Assembly: GCA_945870225.1 (NCBI GenBank)
Contig: CAMBRF010000013.1
Coordinates: 13,469-77,468 of the forward strand
DNA: 64,000 bases
Direction of reading: 5' to 3'
Origin: PVC group bacterium
Lineage (GTDB): Bacteria > Verrucomicrobiota > Kiritimatiellia > CAIKKV01 > CAITUY01
Under the pieces are notes generated by a model, which ran no database searches, was not told the origin of the DNA, and saw only the letters and a program-made list of their open reading frames with translations. Positions 9,536 to 18,936 of this stretch are shown here, piece after piece. Each line of letters starts with the position of its first letter. Position 1 is the stretch's first letter. The translations under genes were made by a program, and so were the position numbers.

Positions 9536-11977
9536 TCAGATAAAGAGGGTCACATTCGACTCATCCGCCTCACCCAGAAATGACGCCACACCCCCGATTT
9601 CAAGACCGTCGACCAGTTCCTCGCGCTTGATCCCCATGACATCCATGGACATCGAACACACTACCAGCTTAACCCCCGCCGCGCGCGCGGAAGCGATCAG
9701 GGCCGGTAACTGATCCACCCGCTTGCTTTTCATCACATATTTCATCAGGGCCGTCCCCATGCCGCCCATGTTCAAGTTGGAAAGCTTCAGGGCCTCGGGC
9801 CCCTTCGGCATCATCAGGCCGAACATCCGGTCCAGCAGTCCCTTACCGGACGCCTGCGGCCCGCTCTTGCGCAGCGCATTAAGGCCCCAGAAGGTGAAGA
9901 ACATCGTCACCTCGCTGCCCATGGACAAGGCGCCATTGGCGATGACAAAGGCCGCCATGACCTTGTCCAGTTCACCGGAAAACACGACGAAGGTCTTCTT
10001 ATCCTTGCGCGCCGCCAGCCCACCGCCGACCACCGGCCCGCCTCCCTTGCGAAGCCGCACCTCAATCACGGCCTTAACCTGCCTCACCGCCAGCACCTCA
10101 TGGCCGTTCCGCAGGCACCAGGCCTGGGCGTCATTGGCAAACCCCGGATCGGTGGCGCGCATGCAGAGTTCGGCGCCCGACGCCAGCCTGTCCACCTCAT
10201 CCTTCAGCCGCCTGATCGGACCCGGGCACTGCATGCCGGAACAGTCCACCTCAACCGGTGTCCTGGTCTGGGGAACGGCCTGGCGCGGCTCCTCCGCATA
10301 GGGCAGCGTCGCCGCCTCCGGTTGGCCACACACCTGGATTTCATGATAGTTGCAGAACGTCAAGGAGCCCCCGGCCAGGGTCATCACCTGCGAGATCCCA
10401 CGTTGCCTCAGCAGGCGATACGCCAGATAGCTGCGGAAGCCAACCCGGCAGTACACATAGACCGGTTTGTCACGGGGAATCTGATCCAGTTGGGATCTCA
10501 ATTTCCCCAGGGGGATATTGACCGCGCCGGGAATGTGCGAGAGGGCGTATTCCTGGGGGCTTCTCACATCGAGCAGAAAGCCCCCGGCCGTCTTCTCGGG
10601 AAAGTCTTCGGCATACCAGAACGACACGTCCCCCTTCAACAGGTTCGAAGCCACGAAACCGGCCATGTTGACCGGGTCTTTGGCTGAACCGTACGGCGGC
10701 GCATAAGCCAGTTCCAGAGTCTCAAGATCATGAACCGTCAAGCCGGCCCGGATCGCTGTGGCAAAAACATCGAGCCGCTTGTCCACACCGTCATACCCCA
10801 CCACCTGGGCCCCCAGCAATTTCCCCGTGTCCGGCGCAAACAGCACCTTGATGTGCAGGGGGGCCGATCCCGGGTAATAGCCGGCATGTCCCGACGGATG
10901 CAGATAGACCTTCCGGAAGGGCCGCCCCGCCCGTTTCAGGTGCTTCTCCGAAGCGCCGGTCCCACCCCCCGTCATGTCGAAGACCTTCACAATCGCCGTG
11001 CCCTGGGTCGAAGTGTAGACCGTATCCCGCCCGCAGAGATTCTCCGCCACAATCCGTCCCTGTCGGTTGGCGGGTCCGGCCAGGGGAATGACGGCCGGTT
11101 CGCCGGTGATCGTATCGATCACCTCGATCGCGTCACCCGCCGCATAGATATCCGGATCCATGGTGCGCAGATGGGCATCCACCTTGATCCCGCCGCGCGG
11201 CCCGATTTCCAGCCCGGCCCGTCGCGCCAGGGTCGTGTCGGGCCGAACCCCCGCCGAAAGAATAACCAGGTCGGCCGTGATCACCTCCGTATTCGTCAGT
11301 TCCACGGTGACCGCTCCAGCCTGGTCCCGGAACGCCGCCGCCGCGGTTCCAAGGTGCAGCGTCACCCCATGCCGGCGCATGTGAGCATCCAGATCACGCG
11401 CCATCTCCTTGTCCAAAGGCGGCATAATCTGGTCGACCATCTCAACCAGATCCACAGCCAATCCGCGCTGCCGCAAACTTTCGGCCATCTCCACGCCGAT
11501 GTACCCGCCGCCGATCACGATCGCGCGCTGGGCACCGCCATCCACGACGGCCTTGATCCGGTCCATGTCATCAATGTTGCGCAGGACCAGGACGCGCGGA
11601 TGGTCAATCCCCTCGAGGTTGGGCCGGATGGGCGTGGCGCCGGGCGCCAGGACGAGTTTGTCGTAGCTTTCCTCGTATTCCCGTCCGGTCTCGAGATCGG
11701 CGACATGGACCGTGTGTTTCTGTCGGTCGATGCCACGGACTTCATGACCCACCCGGACGTCGAGATTGAGCGAATCCCTAAGGCTCTTGGGAGTCTGCAG
11801 GAGGAGACTGTCCCGCTCCTTGATTACGCCGCCCACATGATAAGGCAGACCGCAGTTCGCGAACGAGACGTGCTTACCCTTCTCGAACACCACGATGTCC
11901 GCCATTTCGTCCAGCCGCCGCGCCCGCGCGGCAGCAGACATACCCGCCGCCACTCCACCAATCACAACCATCTTCAT
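9536..11977 (-). CDS. Four-domain fusion: CoA-disulfide/persulfide reductase (pyridine nucleotide-disulfide oxidoreductase), rhodanese, TusA/SirA-like and DsrE-like
   Basis: 813 aa. FAD motif GGVAAGMSAA, redox Cys SFANCGLPY, rhodanese active site YCRVGFRS, TusA motif CSGMQCPGP, C-terminal DsrE-like block (TFVVFSGELDKVMAAFVIANGA...FFTFWGL). Confidence 0.85.
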   Translation of the reverse strand: MKMVVIGGVAAGMSAAARARRLDEMADIVVFEKGKHVSFANCGLPYHVGGVIKERDSLLLQTPKSLRDSLNLDVRVGHEVRGIDRQKHTVHVADLETGREYEESYDKLVLAPGATPIRPNLEGIDHPRVLVLRNIDDMDRIKAVVDGGAQRAIVIGGGYIGVEMAESLRQRGLAVDLVEMVDQIMPPLDKEMARDLDAHMRRHGVTLHLGTAAAAFRDQAGAVTVELTNTEVITADLVILSAGVRPDTTLARRAGLEIGPRGGIKVDAHLRTMDPDIYAAGDAIEVIDTITGEPAVIPLAGPANRQGRIVAENLCGRDTVYTSTQGTAIVKVFDMTGGGTGASEKHLKRAGRPFRKVYLHPSGHAGYYPGSAPLHIKVLFAPDTGKLLGAQVVGYDGVDKRLDVFATAIRAGLTVHDLETLELAYAPPYGSAKDPVNMAGFVASNLLKGDVSFWYAEDFPEKTAGGFLLDVRSPQEYALSHIPGAVNIPLGKLRSQLDQIPRDKPVYVYCRVGFRSYLAYRLLRQRGISQVMTLAGGSLTFCNYHEIQVCGQPEAATLPYAEEPRQAVPQTRTPVEVDCSGMQCPGPIRRLKDEVDRLASGAELCMRATDPGFANDAQAWCLRNGHEVLAVRQVKAVIEVRLRKGGGPVVGGGLAARKDKKTFVVFSGELDKVMAAFVIANGALSMGSEVTMFFTFWGLNALRKSGPQASGKGLLDRMFGLMMPKGPEALKLSNLNMGGMGTALMKYVMKSKRVDQLPALIASARAAGVKLVVCSMSMDVMGIKREELVDGLEIGGVASFLGEADESNVTLFI

Positions 11978-12010
11978 GTCCGCCCTCCCTCTTCAAAACA
12001 AATTTTCTGA

Positions 12011-12050
12011 CTCAGGTTTCAAACTCAGGTCTCAGGTTTCAAACTCAGGC
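12011..12050. repeat. Two tandem copies of a 20-nt unit (CTCAGGTTTCAAACTCAGG[T/C])
   Basis: Read directly: 12011-12030 and 12031-12050 differ only at the last base. It lies between the arsR stop (12045-12047) and the reductase start (11977), overlapping the arsR 3' end. Confidence 0.9.
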
Positions 12051-12353
12051 TTTCTTCCTGATGCAATCCAGAATGGTCAGGGCGCTGGGATCGGCGATGC
12101 TGTACCAGACCTCCTTGCCCCGCCGCAGGGCCCGCACCAGTCCCGCCCGCCGCATCTGGTTCAAGTGCTGGGAGATGGTCGCCTGCGGCAAGCCGATGCG
12201 TTCCATCAAAACATGGACCGGAGCCTCCCCTTCCCGCTGTAGAATCTCCACCAGTTTCAGCCGGTGCACATGCGCCAGGATTTTCAGGGCTCCCGCCATG
12301 CGCTCCAGCAACTCCACGGATAATTCGCCCGAGCAAGGATTCAACGTTTTCAT
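12045..12353 (-). CDS. ArsR/SmtB-family transcriptional regulator
   Basis: 102 aa winged-helix protein: HRLKLVEIL ... QATISQHLNQMRRAGLV. No alpha3 CxC metal site; the only cysteines are C7 and C97. Confidence 0.85.
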   Translation of the reverse strand: MKTLNPCSGELSVELLERMAGALKILAHVHRLKLVEILQREGEAPVHVLMERIGLPQATISQHLNQMRRAGLVRALRRGKEVWYSIADPSALTILDCIRKKA

Positions 12354-12357
12354 GCGC

Positions 12358-12397
12358 GTAAAGTATCATAATATCCAAATATGTCAATATCATATCC
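12358..12397. promoter_or_regulatory. AT-rich island immediately upstream of arsR; candidate promoter/operator
   Basis: GTAAAGTATCATAATATCCAAATATGTCAATATCATATCC is strikingly AT-rich for this genome. It contains the inverted repeat ATATG-N7-CATAT and sits in the divergent arsR / O-antigen-ligase spacer. Confidence 0.35.
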
Positions 12398-12485
12398 GCC
12401 GGAGCCCATTGTCATTTTCACGCTTGTCGCTCCCCATATCCTGAGCATACCTTGATGCCCTGACCGGACATCCAAGGAAAGAACG

Positions 12486-13880
12486 ATGATGCAACTGGAC
12501 GCCATTCTTGAAAAGACCCTGTTCGGGCTGATGGGCCTCGTGGTGCTCGTGGCCCCCTGGCTTTTCGGGGCATGGGAAATGTGGTTCTTCTGGCCTTTCG
12601 CCGTCTGCCTCTTCCTGGCCACAGGTTGTTTCGCCGGGCGACTGATACTGAGCGCCAGGCTCGGGGTCCGCCGGCTGGCTTTCTCCCGCACGAGTCGCAT
12701 CGCGATCCTCGCCGCACTTCCCTTCCTAGTCTACGCCCTGATCCGGGCCATTCAGTCCGACGTCCGCATGGATGCCGAACGCAGTTTCCTGCTCCACCTG
12801 ACCCCTTTCCTGATAGGCGTCATGATCGTCACAGGAGTCCAGGAGGGACACCGGCGATTCCTCATTCTGGCGCTCACTGTTAATTTCCTGTTGCTCGGCC
12901 TTTACGGTGTCGCCAACGATCTCCTGGCCGGGAATACACACGTCCTGTGGGCGCCGGGTTACCCGGGGTATCAATCCGATTACCCCCGCGCCACCGGCAG
13001 CTACTTCTGCCCGGATCACTTCGCCGGCCTGATGGAACTGGGACTGGCCGTGGCCTGTGCCGCCCTCCTCCATCGCACCGCCTCCCGGCGGCTCCGCCTC
13101 ATGATGCTGCCGCTGCTGGGGTTGACTCTGGGGGGGATTTTCCTAAGCAAATCGCGGGGCGCCGGTCTGGTGACGGGAATGATGCTGGCCCTCGCCTTCT
13201 GGTGGGCCGCCGCCGCATGGCCGCCGCGCACACGCTGGCGCGCGCGCGGGACGGGACTGGTTCTTCTAGCCCTGGGGATTACACTTGTCGCGGCCTTCGG
13301 CGGACACTACGTGAAGCGTTTCAAGGAATATCCCTGGACCCGGCTCGAGTATTCCGACCGCTATCAGATGTCGGCCGCTGCCTTGCGCGGCTGGCTTAGC
13401 GCCCCGGTCTTCGGCATTGGACCCGGCATGCACCAGAACCTGTGGCCACACTTTGCGCCCAGTCCCGACGGGGACCGTGAACGGGGAATCTGGCCGCGCT
13501 TTCCGAATAACCGCTACCATTCCTTTGAGGCCCATGACGACTGGGTCCAGTTGTTGGAGGAATACGGTGCGGTCGGTCTGTCACTTTTTCTGCTGGCCAT
13601 GGGGACGGTCGCGGGTCTGCTTTATGGGTCCTGGCGAAGACGGGCCCACGCCGGCACGCTGACTGATCAGGACTGGCCGATTCTCGCTGCCCTGCTGGCC
13701 GCCGCCGCCATGGCCGGCCATTCCTTCGGTGACTTCAATCTTCAAATCCCGGCGACCACGTGGCTTCTCGCCGCTCTCGTCGGTTTGGGACTGGCCAGAG
13801 TCGCCGACACCGAAGAACCGTCCGCCATCCGCCGCCGCCGTTCCCTCCGCGTCCCACACGAATCAGGCGGTACACCATGA
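12486..13880 (+). CDS. O-antigen ligase/polymerase-family (Wzy_C) membrane protein
   Basis: 464 aa, polytopic and hydrophobic. Has LSKSRGAGL and HSFEAHDDWVQLLEEYGAVG, resembling the Wzy_C signature. Confidence 0.7.
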   Translation: MMQLDAILEKTLFGLMGLVVLVAPWLFGAWEMWFFWPFAVCLFLATGCFAGRLILSARLGVRRLAFSRTSRIAILAALPFLVYALIRAIQSDVRMDAERSFLLHLTPFLIGVMIVTGVQEGHRRFLILALTVNFLLLGLYGVANDLLAGNTHVLWAPGYPGYQSDYPRATGSYFCPDHFAGLMELGLAVACAALLHRTASRRLRLMMLPLLGLTLGGIFLSKSRGAGLVTGMMLALAFWWAAAAWPPRTRWRARGTGLVLLALGITLVAAFGGHYVKRFKEYPWTRLEYSDRYQMSAAALRGWLSAPVFGIGPGMHQNLWPHFAPSPDGDRERGIWPRFPNNRYHSFEAHDDWVQLLEEYGAVGLSLFLLAMGTVAGLLYGSWRRRAHAGTLTDQDWPILAALLAAAAMAGHSFGDFNLQIPATTWLLAALVGLGLARVADTEEPSAIRRRRSLRVPHESGGTP

Positions 13881-15361
13881 TCCTGGAAGCCCCCCCTCCC
13901 CCAGTGCAATTATCCCGACGCGAACGCATGCTGAGGTCTCCCTTCCCCTATTTGATCAGCGATATCCTTGCGATCGTCACGGCGTACTTCATCGTCTGGC
14001 AATTTCGGTTCCAAAGCGAGTGGGGGCTCCGCCTGTTCACCTGGATCAATATCAACCTGGGAGTCCGTACGACGGGGGAGGTCGGCCCTTTACTGGACTC
14101 CTTCTACTGGTTTAATGCGCCGCGGATCCTGTGCTGGCTGACCCTCACCCTATTGTTCCTCTATGGTTTTCTTGACCTGTACGGCCGGCGACGTTTCATC
14201 CGACGACATTATGTAACCGGCAACATGGTGCTCGCCAATCTGGCGGCGCTGGGACTGTTCTATGGTTATTTCTACCTGACCCGCAACCAGTTCCACCCGC
14301 GCAGTGTTTTTGCCACCCTGCTGGCCGTAAACGTCATGCTGGGTATGTCCTTCCGGCAAATTCTGGAGCCGCTCCTGAAACGGTCCGGACTGATCCGTTG
14401 CCCGGCGATTCTGCTGGGTGACACCGATGACGCCTTGTTCATCGACCGCTATCTGACCGTACGTCAACCGCACGACATCCAAATTGTGGCCCGCTCCCCC
14501 TTCAACCCCGATGAAAACATGAATTCCCTGCTCGCGCGGCTGACAGGCCTCGTCAGGCAGCACCGGACGCAGTTGATCCTCTGCGCCGACAAGCGCATGA
14601 CGGTGGCCCAGATCATGCAGATTCTGGAACTTTCAGAAGCGTTGCATCAGGAAGTGAAAGTGCTCTCGGAAAAACTCAACGTGGTGGTCAATGAGGCGCA
14701 TATGCCTGTCGATTTCTTCCGGGAAACGCCGCTGGTCCATTTTGCGATCCCCTCAACCCGGTTCATCTGGCTCAGACAATCCGCCACCCAGCTCATGGCG
14801 GCCGTACTGCTACTCCTGACCTCCCCGATTTTTTTGGCCATCGCCCTTCTGCTCAAGGCCAGCAGCCGTGGGGCGGTGTTCTTTACCCAGGAGCGCATCG
14901 GCATCAATCGCAAGCCGTTCCGCATGTTTAAATTCCGGACGATGTACCATCGCGCGGAGGAACTGCAGGCGCAAATTGAGGAGTTGAACGAATCCGGGGA
15001 GGGATTGTTCAAGATCAGGCGGGACCCGCGGGTGACACCGGTGGGCCGGTTCCTGAGGCGGTTCAGTCTCGATGAACTACCCCAGTTGGTCAACGTCCTG
15101 CGAGGGGAAATGACTTTGGTGGGACCGCGCCCCTTGCCGAGGCGGGATTACGCGAACTACTACGAGGAGTGGCACTACAGCCGGCACAGCGGGTTGCCGG
15201 GCCTGACCTGTCTCTGGCAGATTTCAGGACGCAGTGATATCAGCTTCCACAACATGTGCATTCTGGACGACTATTACCTGCGTAACCGCAACCTGATGCT
15301 CGACATCAAGATCGTCCTGCGCACCATCAGTGTCGTACTCTTTGCGAAGGGAGCTTATTGA
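13877..15361 (+). CDS. Polyprenyl-phosphate sugar phosphotransferase (WbaP/EpsB-type priming transferase)
   Basis: Start at ATG 13877 (ATGA overlap with the upstream stop). C-terminal bacterial sugar transferase motif LDELPQLVNVLRGEMTLVGPRP. Confidence 0.85.
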   Translation: MILEAPPPPVQLSRRERMLRSPFPYLISDILAIVTAYFIVWQFRFQSEWGLRLFTWININLGVRTTGEVGPLLDSFYWFNAPRILCWLTLTLLFLYGFLDLYGRRRFIRRHYVTGNMVLANLAALGLFYGYFYLTRNQFHPRSVFATLLAVNVMLGMSFRQILEPLLKRSGLIRCPAILLGDTDDALFIDRYLTVRQPHDIQIVARSPFNPDENMNSLLARLTGLVRQHRTQLILCADKRMTVAQIMQILELSEALHQEVKVLSEKLNVVVNEAHMPVDFFRETPLVHFAIPSTRFIWLRQSATQLMAAVLLLLTSPIFLAIALLLKASSRGAVFFTQERIGINRKPFRMFKFRTMYHRAEELQAQIEELNESGEGLFKIRRDPRVTPVGRFLRRFSLDELPQLVNVLRGEMTLVGPRPLPRRDYANYYEEWHYSRHSGLPGLTCLWQISGRSDISFHNMCILDDYYLRNRNLMLDIKIVLRTISVVLFAKGAY

Positions 15362-17115
15362 TGAGACGGGCGGCCCCGTAACTCCGGCTGCAGCATCCCG
15401 ATAAACTCTGTGACCCGTTGTCGCGTCAGCGAAAGCGGGATCGAACCGGGCATCTGCACCGAAACGTAGGCCCACCGGATCGGTTTCCCGTTAAGAATGC
15501 GCTCCGCCGCCATCCAAAGTATGCGCTGGGTATGGGAAGCCGTCTCGCGTCCCTCTCCCCCTTCAAACCAGTACGCCATGAGAAGGGAAGCACCAGACCC
15601 TCCGCGTGCGGTTTTCTTTTCGAGATCGATGCTTGTAACCTCCAGCGGAGCGCGGCCCACCACGGGAACCGAAAGGATGTGCGCGCGGATGATGCTGAAC
15701 CCCTGCCCGACCGTGCAGATTTCCGGACGGTGAATACTGGAACGGCTGCCCCCGCTAAAAACGATGGCCACGGAGATCGGAGGCCAGCCGGCGCGTCGAT
15801 AGCGTTTTCTGATTAGAAGCGTATCCTTTGGCAACAACTGTTGCTCCGCGTACGCCAGCGTATTTAACGTTCCCCCGCACGCCGGGCATTTCCCTCCATC
15901 CGCCAATTCCTCCAGCGCAAAATCCAGGCGACATTCGGGATTCTGACAGAATCGAACATCCTCCCCCTTCCATTCCCCGACCTCAGCCGGCAAAGCGGCG
16001 GGGATGGCTAGCGCACCCGGTGGCGAAACCGCCACGGTAAAGCTTAGAATCATCAGGGTCACCCCCGCGATACCGGTCACCACTAAACCGGGATATAACA
16101 AATCGGGAAGCAGGGGTCTCTCCAGCCGAGGGACACCTTCCTGTGAATGTTGCTCCGCCGCCGGCCCGGCCGAAAGAGGGGCACGGCGGTTCAGGAGACG
16201 GTCAACCAGCAGCATGGACCCGATCGCGAAAGCATAAAAAACGTACCCGGAGTAATCATGGTAGACCCCCATGGCCGCCGGCATCCCGAACAGGATGGCG
16301 ACCAGGCCAATGGCCAGAATGCGGCCGATATTGCCCACCACGGCCAGAGGGATCGCCGAAAGAAACAATATCCACTTCCGTCCGAGGGTGGGTTGCGTGA
16401 CATAGGCGTAAGCCGCCGAAACCGCCATCATCGCCATCAGGGATCGAATCCCGCTGCAGGGATCGGCAACATCCAGGCTAAACCCCTGCCCCAGCGTTGA
16501 GTTCAGCGCCGTGCCGACCCGCACTACCGGAATCCCCAAACCATTCAGCATTCCCTCGGAAACCACCGTGGCAAACATTCTCAGAGGGAAAGTCAGGCTA
16601 TCCAGAAACCCGAAAGGAACGGCAAACAACAGGTACACGCAGGGGAAGAACAGTATTCCAGCCACCCCCCACCCGAAAAAATATAACGGCACACCCCAAA
16701 GCAACCCGATGAACCCAAGCGCGGACAGTTGCGGTAATTCCGCGCGCGCTCCCATCCAGTGCATCACAAGGGCCACCAAAATCACCCCCAAGCCCGCACG
16801 ACTGACCCGCCGCGCCACGGTCCTGAGTTCCCGCCTCCGGTTCCACACCAGCCAGAGACTGACCACGGGAACCACCCAGCCATGTGAATAGTTCCCCCCG
16901 AACGACAACGCGCTATCGCTCCACCGGTCGGTCAGCCAGACAAACATGGAACGTGTCGCCTGCCGGGCATCAAGACCGGCATAGGTGTTACCCCAGCAGT
17001 GAAACATCACCCCGAACAACGCGACCATGACCAGCAGAATGGCGAGGACGAGCCCATTGGGCGCCCGGCCTCGGCACGACAACGACCCCGAATCATGGGA
17101 TGAGGAGTCTTTCAT
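15355..17115 (-). CDS. Exosortase (EpsH-type) fused to a C-terminal EpsI-like domain carrying a zinc-ribbon insertion
   Basis: Start trimmed to MKDSSSHD (ATGA overlap with the upstream stop at 17112). Polytopic core with the exosortase Cys motif DVADPCSGIRS. After a further TM segment, the C-terminal ~240 aa is EpsI-like and contains CQNPEC-x17-CPAC. Confidence 0.75.
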   Translation of the reverse strand: MKDSSSHDSGSLSCRGRAPNGLVLAILLVMVALFGVMFHCWGNTYAGLDARQATRSMFVWLTDRWSDSALSFGGNYSHGWVVPVVSLWLVWNRRRELRTVARRVSRAGLGVILVALVMHWMGARAELPQLSALGFIGLLWGVPLYFFGWGVAGILFFPCVYLLFAVPFGFLDSLTFPLRMFATVVSEGMLNGLGIPVVRVGTALNSTLGQGFSLDVADPCSGIRSLMAMMAVSAAYAYVTQPTLGRKWILFLSAIPLAVVGNIGRILAIGLVAILFGMPAAMGVYHDYSGYVFYAFAIGSMLLVDRLLNRRAPLSAGPAAEQHSQEGVPRLERPLLPDLLYPGLVVTGIAGVTLMILSFTVAVSPPGALAIPAALPAEVGEWKGEDVRFCQNPECRLDFALEELADGGKCPACGGTLNTLAYAEQQLLPKDTLLIRKRYRRAGWPPISVAIVFSGGSRSSIHRPEICTVGQGFSIIRAHILSVPVVGRAPLEVTSIDLEKKTARGGSGASLLMAYWFEGGEGRETASHTQRILWMAAERILNGKPIRWAYVSVQMPGSIPLSLTRQRVTEFIGMLQPELRGRPSHQ

Positions 17116-17921
17116 CGTTTTTTCCAAAACCCTTCCCGCCAACCCTGCTGCAGCACCAGCGCCACAAAGCGGGGATTCCCGATCAGATATCTCCGCCACA
17201 ACCGGCGCGGCTCCATCAGCAGGCGGAAAAACCACTCCAATCCGCAACGCATCATCCAGCGCGGCGCCTGCCGCACCGTCCCGGCATGAAAATCGAACGC
17301 CGCCCCGACCGCCACGAGAACCGGCGCCTCGAGCAATGACCGGAACCGCCCCACCCATTCATCCTGCTTAGGTGTTCCCAGCCCAACCCACACGATGTCC
17401 GGCCGGGCCGCATTGATCAGGGCGGCCGTGGCCTGAATCTCATCGGCGGTCAGCGCACGAAACGGCGGAGCCTGCATCCCCACGACCTCCAGTCCGGGAA
17501 AACGTTGCTGTAAGCGGTCACGCAGACGATCAAGAACCCGGGCTGTTGAGCCATAATAGAAATGGCGAAGCCGCCGGGGAAGGCCCCGCTCAGTTACCTT
17601 CAGCATGAGATCCGGACCATAGACCCGTGACACGTTGAAGCCGCGCCAGCGTCCCAGCCAGACCAACGGCATGCCATCGGGAGTGGCCATGCCGGCGCGA
17701 TTGACGATTTCAGCCAATCCGGGATGGTCATGACACTCCAGCAGCGTACCACTGGTACAGACATTGACATAGTGCTTCGTGCCGCTCGCAACCCATTTCC
17801 CGATCAGGTCCGCCGCCCCATCCAGCGTCAACGCGCTGATTTTCACGCCCAGCAGGTCGAATCGGGAAGGGTCTGTCCCGCCCTGGGGCTCAATCGGGAG
17901 GTTGGCTTCAGGAAACGTCAT
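17112..17921 (-). CDS. WecB/TagA/CpsF-family (GT26) glycosyltransferase
   Basis: PDGMPLVWLGR, FYYGSTARVLDRL and VGLGTPKQDEW are typical of GT26. The start is uncertain (17921 or 17945). Confidence 0.75.
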   Translation of the reverse strand: MTFPEANLPIEPQGGTDPSRFDLLGVKISALTLDGAADLIGKWVASGTKHYVNVCTSGTLLECHDHPGLAEIVNRAGMATPDGMPLVWLGRWRGFNVSRVYGPDLMLKVTERGLPRRLRHFYYGSTARVLDRLRDRLQQRFPGLEVVGMQAPPFRALTADEIQATAALINAARPDIVWVGLGTPKQDEWVGRFRSLLEAPVLVAVGAAFDFHAGTVRQAPRWMMRCGLEWFFRLLMEPRRLWRRYLIGNPRFVALVLQQGWREGFWKKR

Positions 17922-17928
17922 GAGGAAT

Positions 17929-18936
17929 TCACTTCCCAACTTCATTTTCCGGGACTCCGCTCGCCGGGGTGGCTCGCGGGTAGCCTTCCAGCCAGCGAAC
18001 GGTTTCGCGGACTCCCTCTTCCAGGGAAATGGGCGGCAGTCCCAGCAGCCGGTAGGTGGCGTCCATGGATACAACATAATCGCTCGTCATGCTGCGATAG
18101 CGAGAGGACGTGAGTGGGAATTGCAAACCCAACCGGGTGATCCCGTCCCCCATATACCCGATGCCGCGCAAGATCCAGCGCGGAACCTTGCGTGCGGGCC
18201 GCCCGGTCAGTTCCAAGGCAAAGGCGTTGGCCCATTGATAGATATCCGCAGGCGGATCACTCAAATAGAGGGTGCGCCGATCCACCTGCCCTCGCGGCGC
18301 CTCCAGAATCCTTTGAATATAGTGGATGATATTGCCCACGTAGCCATAAGCACGCATCACCGGCGCACCGGCCGGGTGCAGATAGAGTCCCTTGCTGATC
18401 ACCCGCCAGGCCTCCTGGCGGTAACGCAAGTGCCACGGGCCCCAGATATTGGTCGGCCGAATCAGAGTCCAGCAGCCCTCCCACCCGGATTGCCGGGTCA
18501 ACTGCTCGGTAACAACCTTACTCTGGCCATAGATCGTATGCGGCGCGTAATCCTCATCATGCTGCGGAACATACCCCGGGCCGCAGACATATTGACTGGA
18601 GGTGATGATCACCCGCTCAATTCCCGGCGTCGCCCGGATCGCCCCCAGCACATGGCTGACGCCAGCGGTATTCACTGAATACCCCTGCTCCACGGTCGTA
18701 TGCTCATCGCAATCCGTGCGCGCCGCCAGGTGCACCACCCATTCCGGACGGAAATCCCGTACCGCGCCCGTCAACCGTACAGCGTCCAGAATATTCATCT
18801 TGCGCCACAGTGCGTGATGGGCCGGGTTCAGCGGGGCCGTCGCGTCAAGATTCAGCACCTCGTCGCCCCGGGCCAGACTCTGCGCAACCAGGTTCGTGCC
18901 GATAAATCCCGACCCCCCTGTGATCAGCAGCCTCAT
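17929..18936 (-). CDS. NAD-dependent sugar epimerase/dehydratase (SDR family)
   Basis: MRLLITGGSGFIGTNL Rossmann motif and YGQSK catalytic YxxxK. Confidence 0.85.
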   Translation of the reverse strand: MRLLITGGSGFIGTNLVAQSLARGDEVLNLDATAPLNPAHHALWRKMNILDAVRLTGAVRDFRPEWVVHLAARTDCDEHTTVEQGYSVNTAGVSHVLGAIRATPGIERVIITSSQYVCGPGYVPQHDEDYAPHTIYGQSKVVTEQLTRQSGWEGCWTLIRPTNIWGPWHLRYRQEAWRVISKGLYLHPAGAPVMRAYGYVGNIIHYIQRILEAPRGQVDRRTLYLSDPPADIYQWANAFALELTGRPARKVPRWILRGIGYMGDGITRLGLQFPLTSSRYRSMTSDYVVSMDATYRLLGLPPISLEEGVRETVRWLEGYPRATPASGVPENEVGK

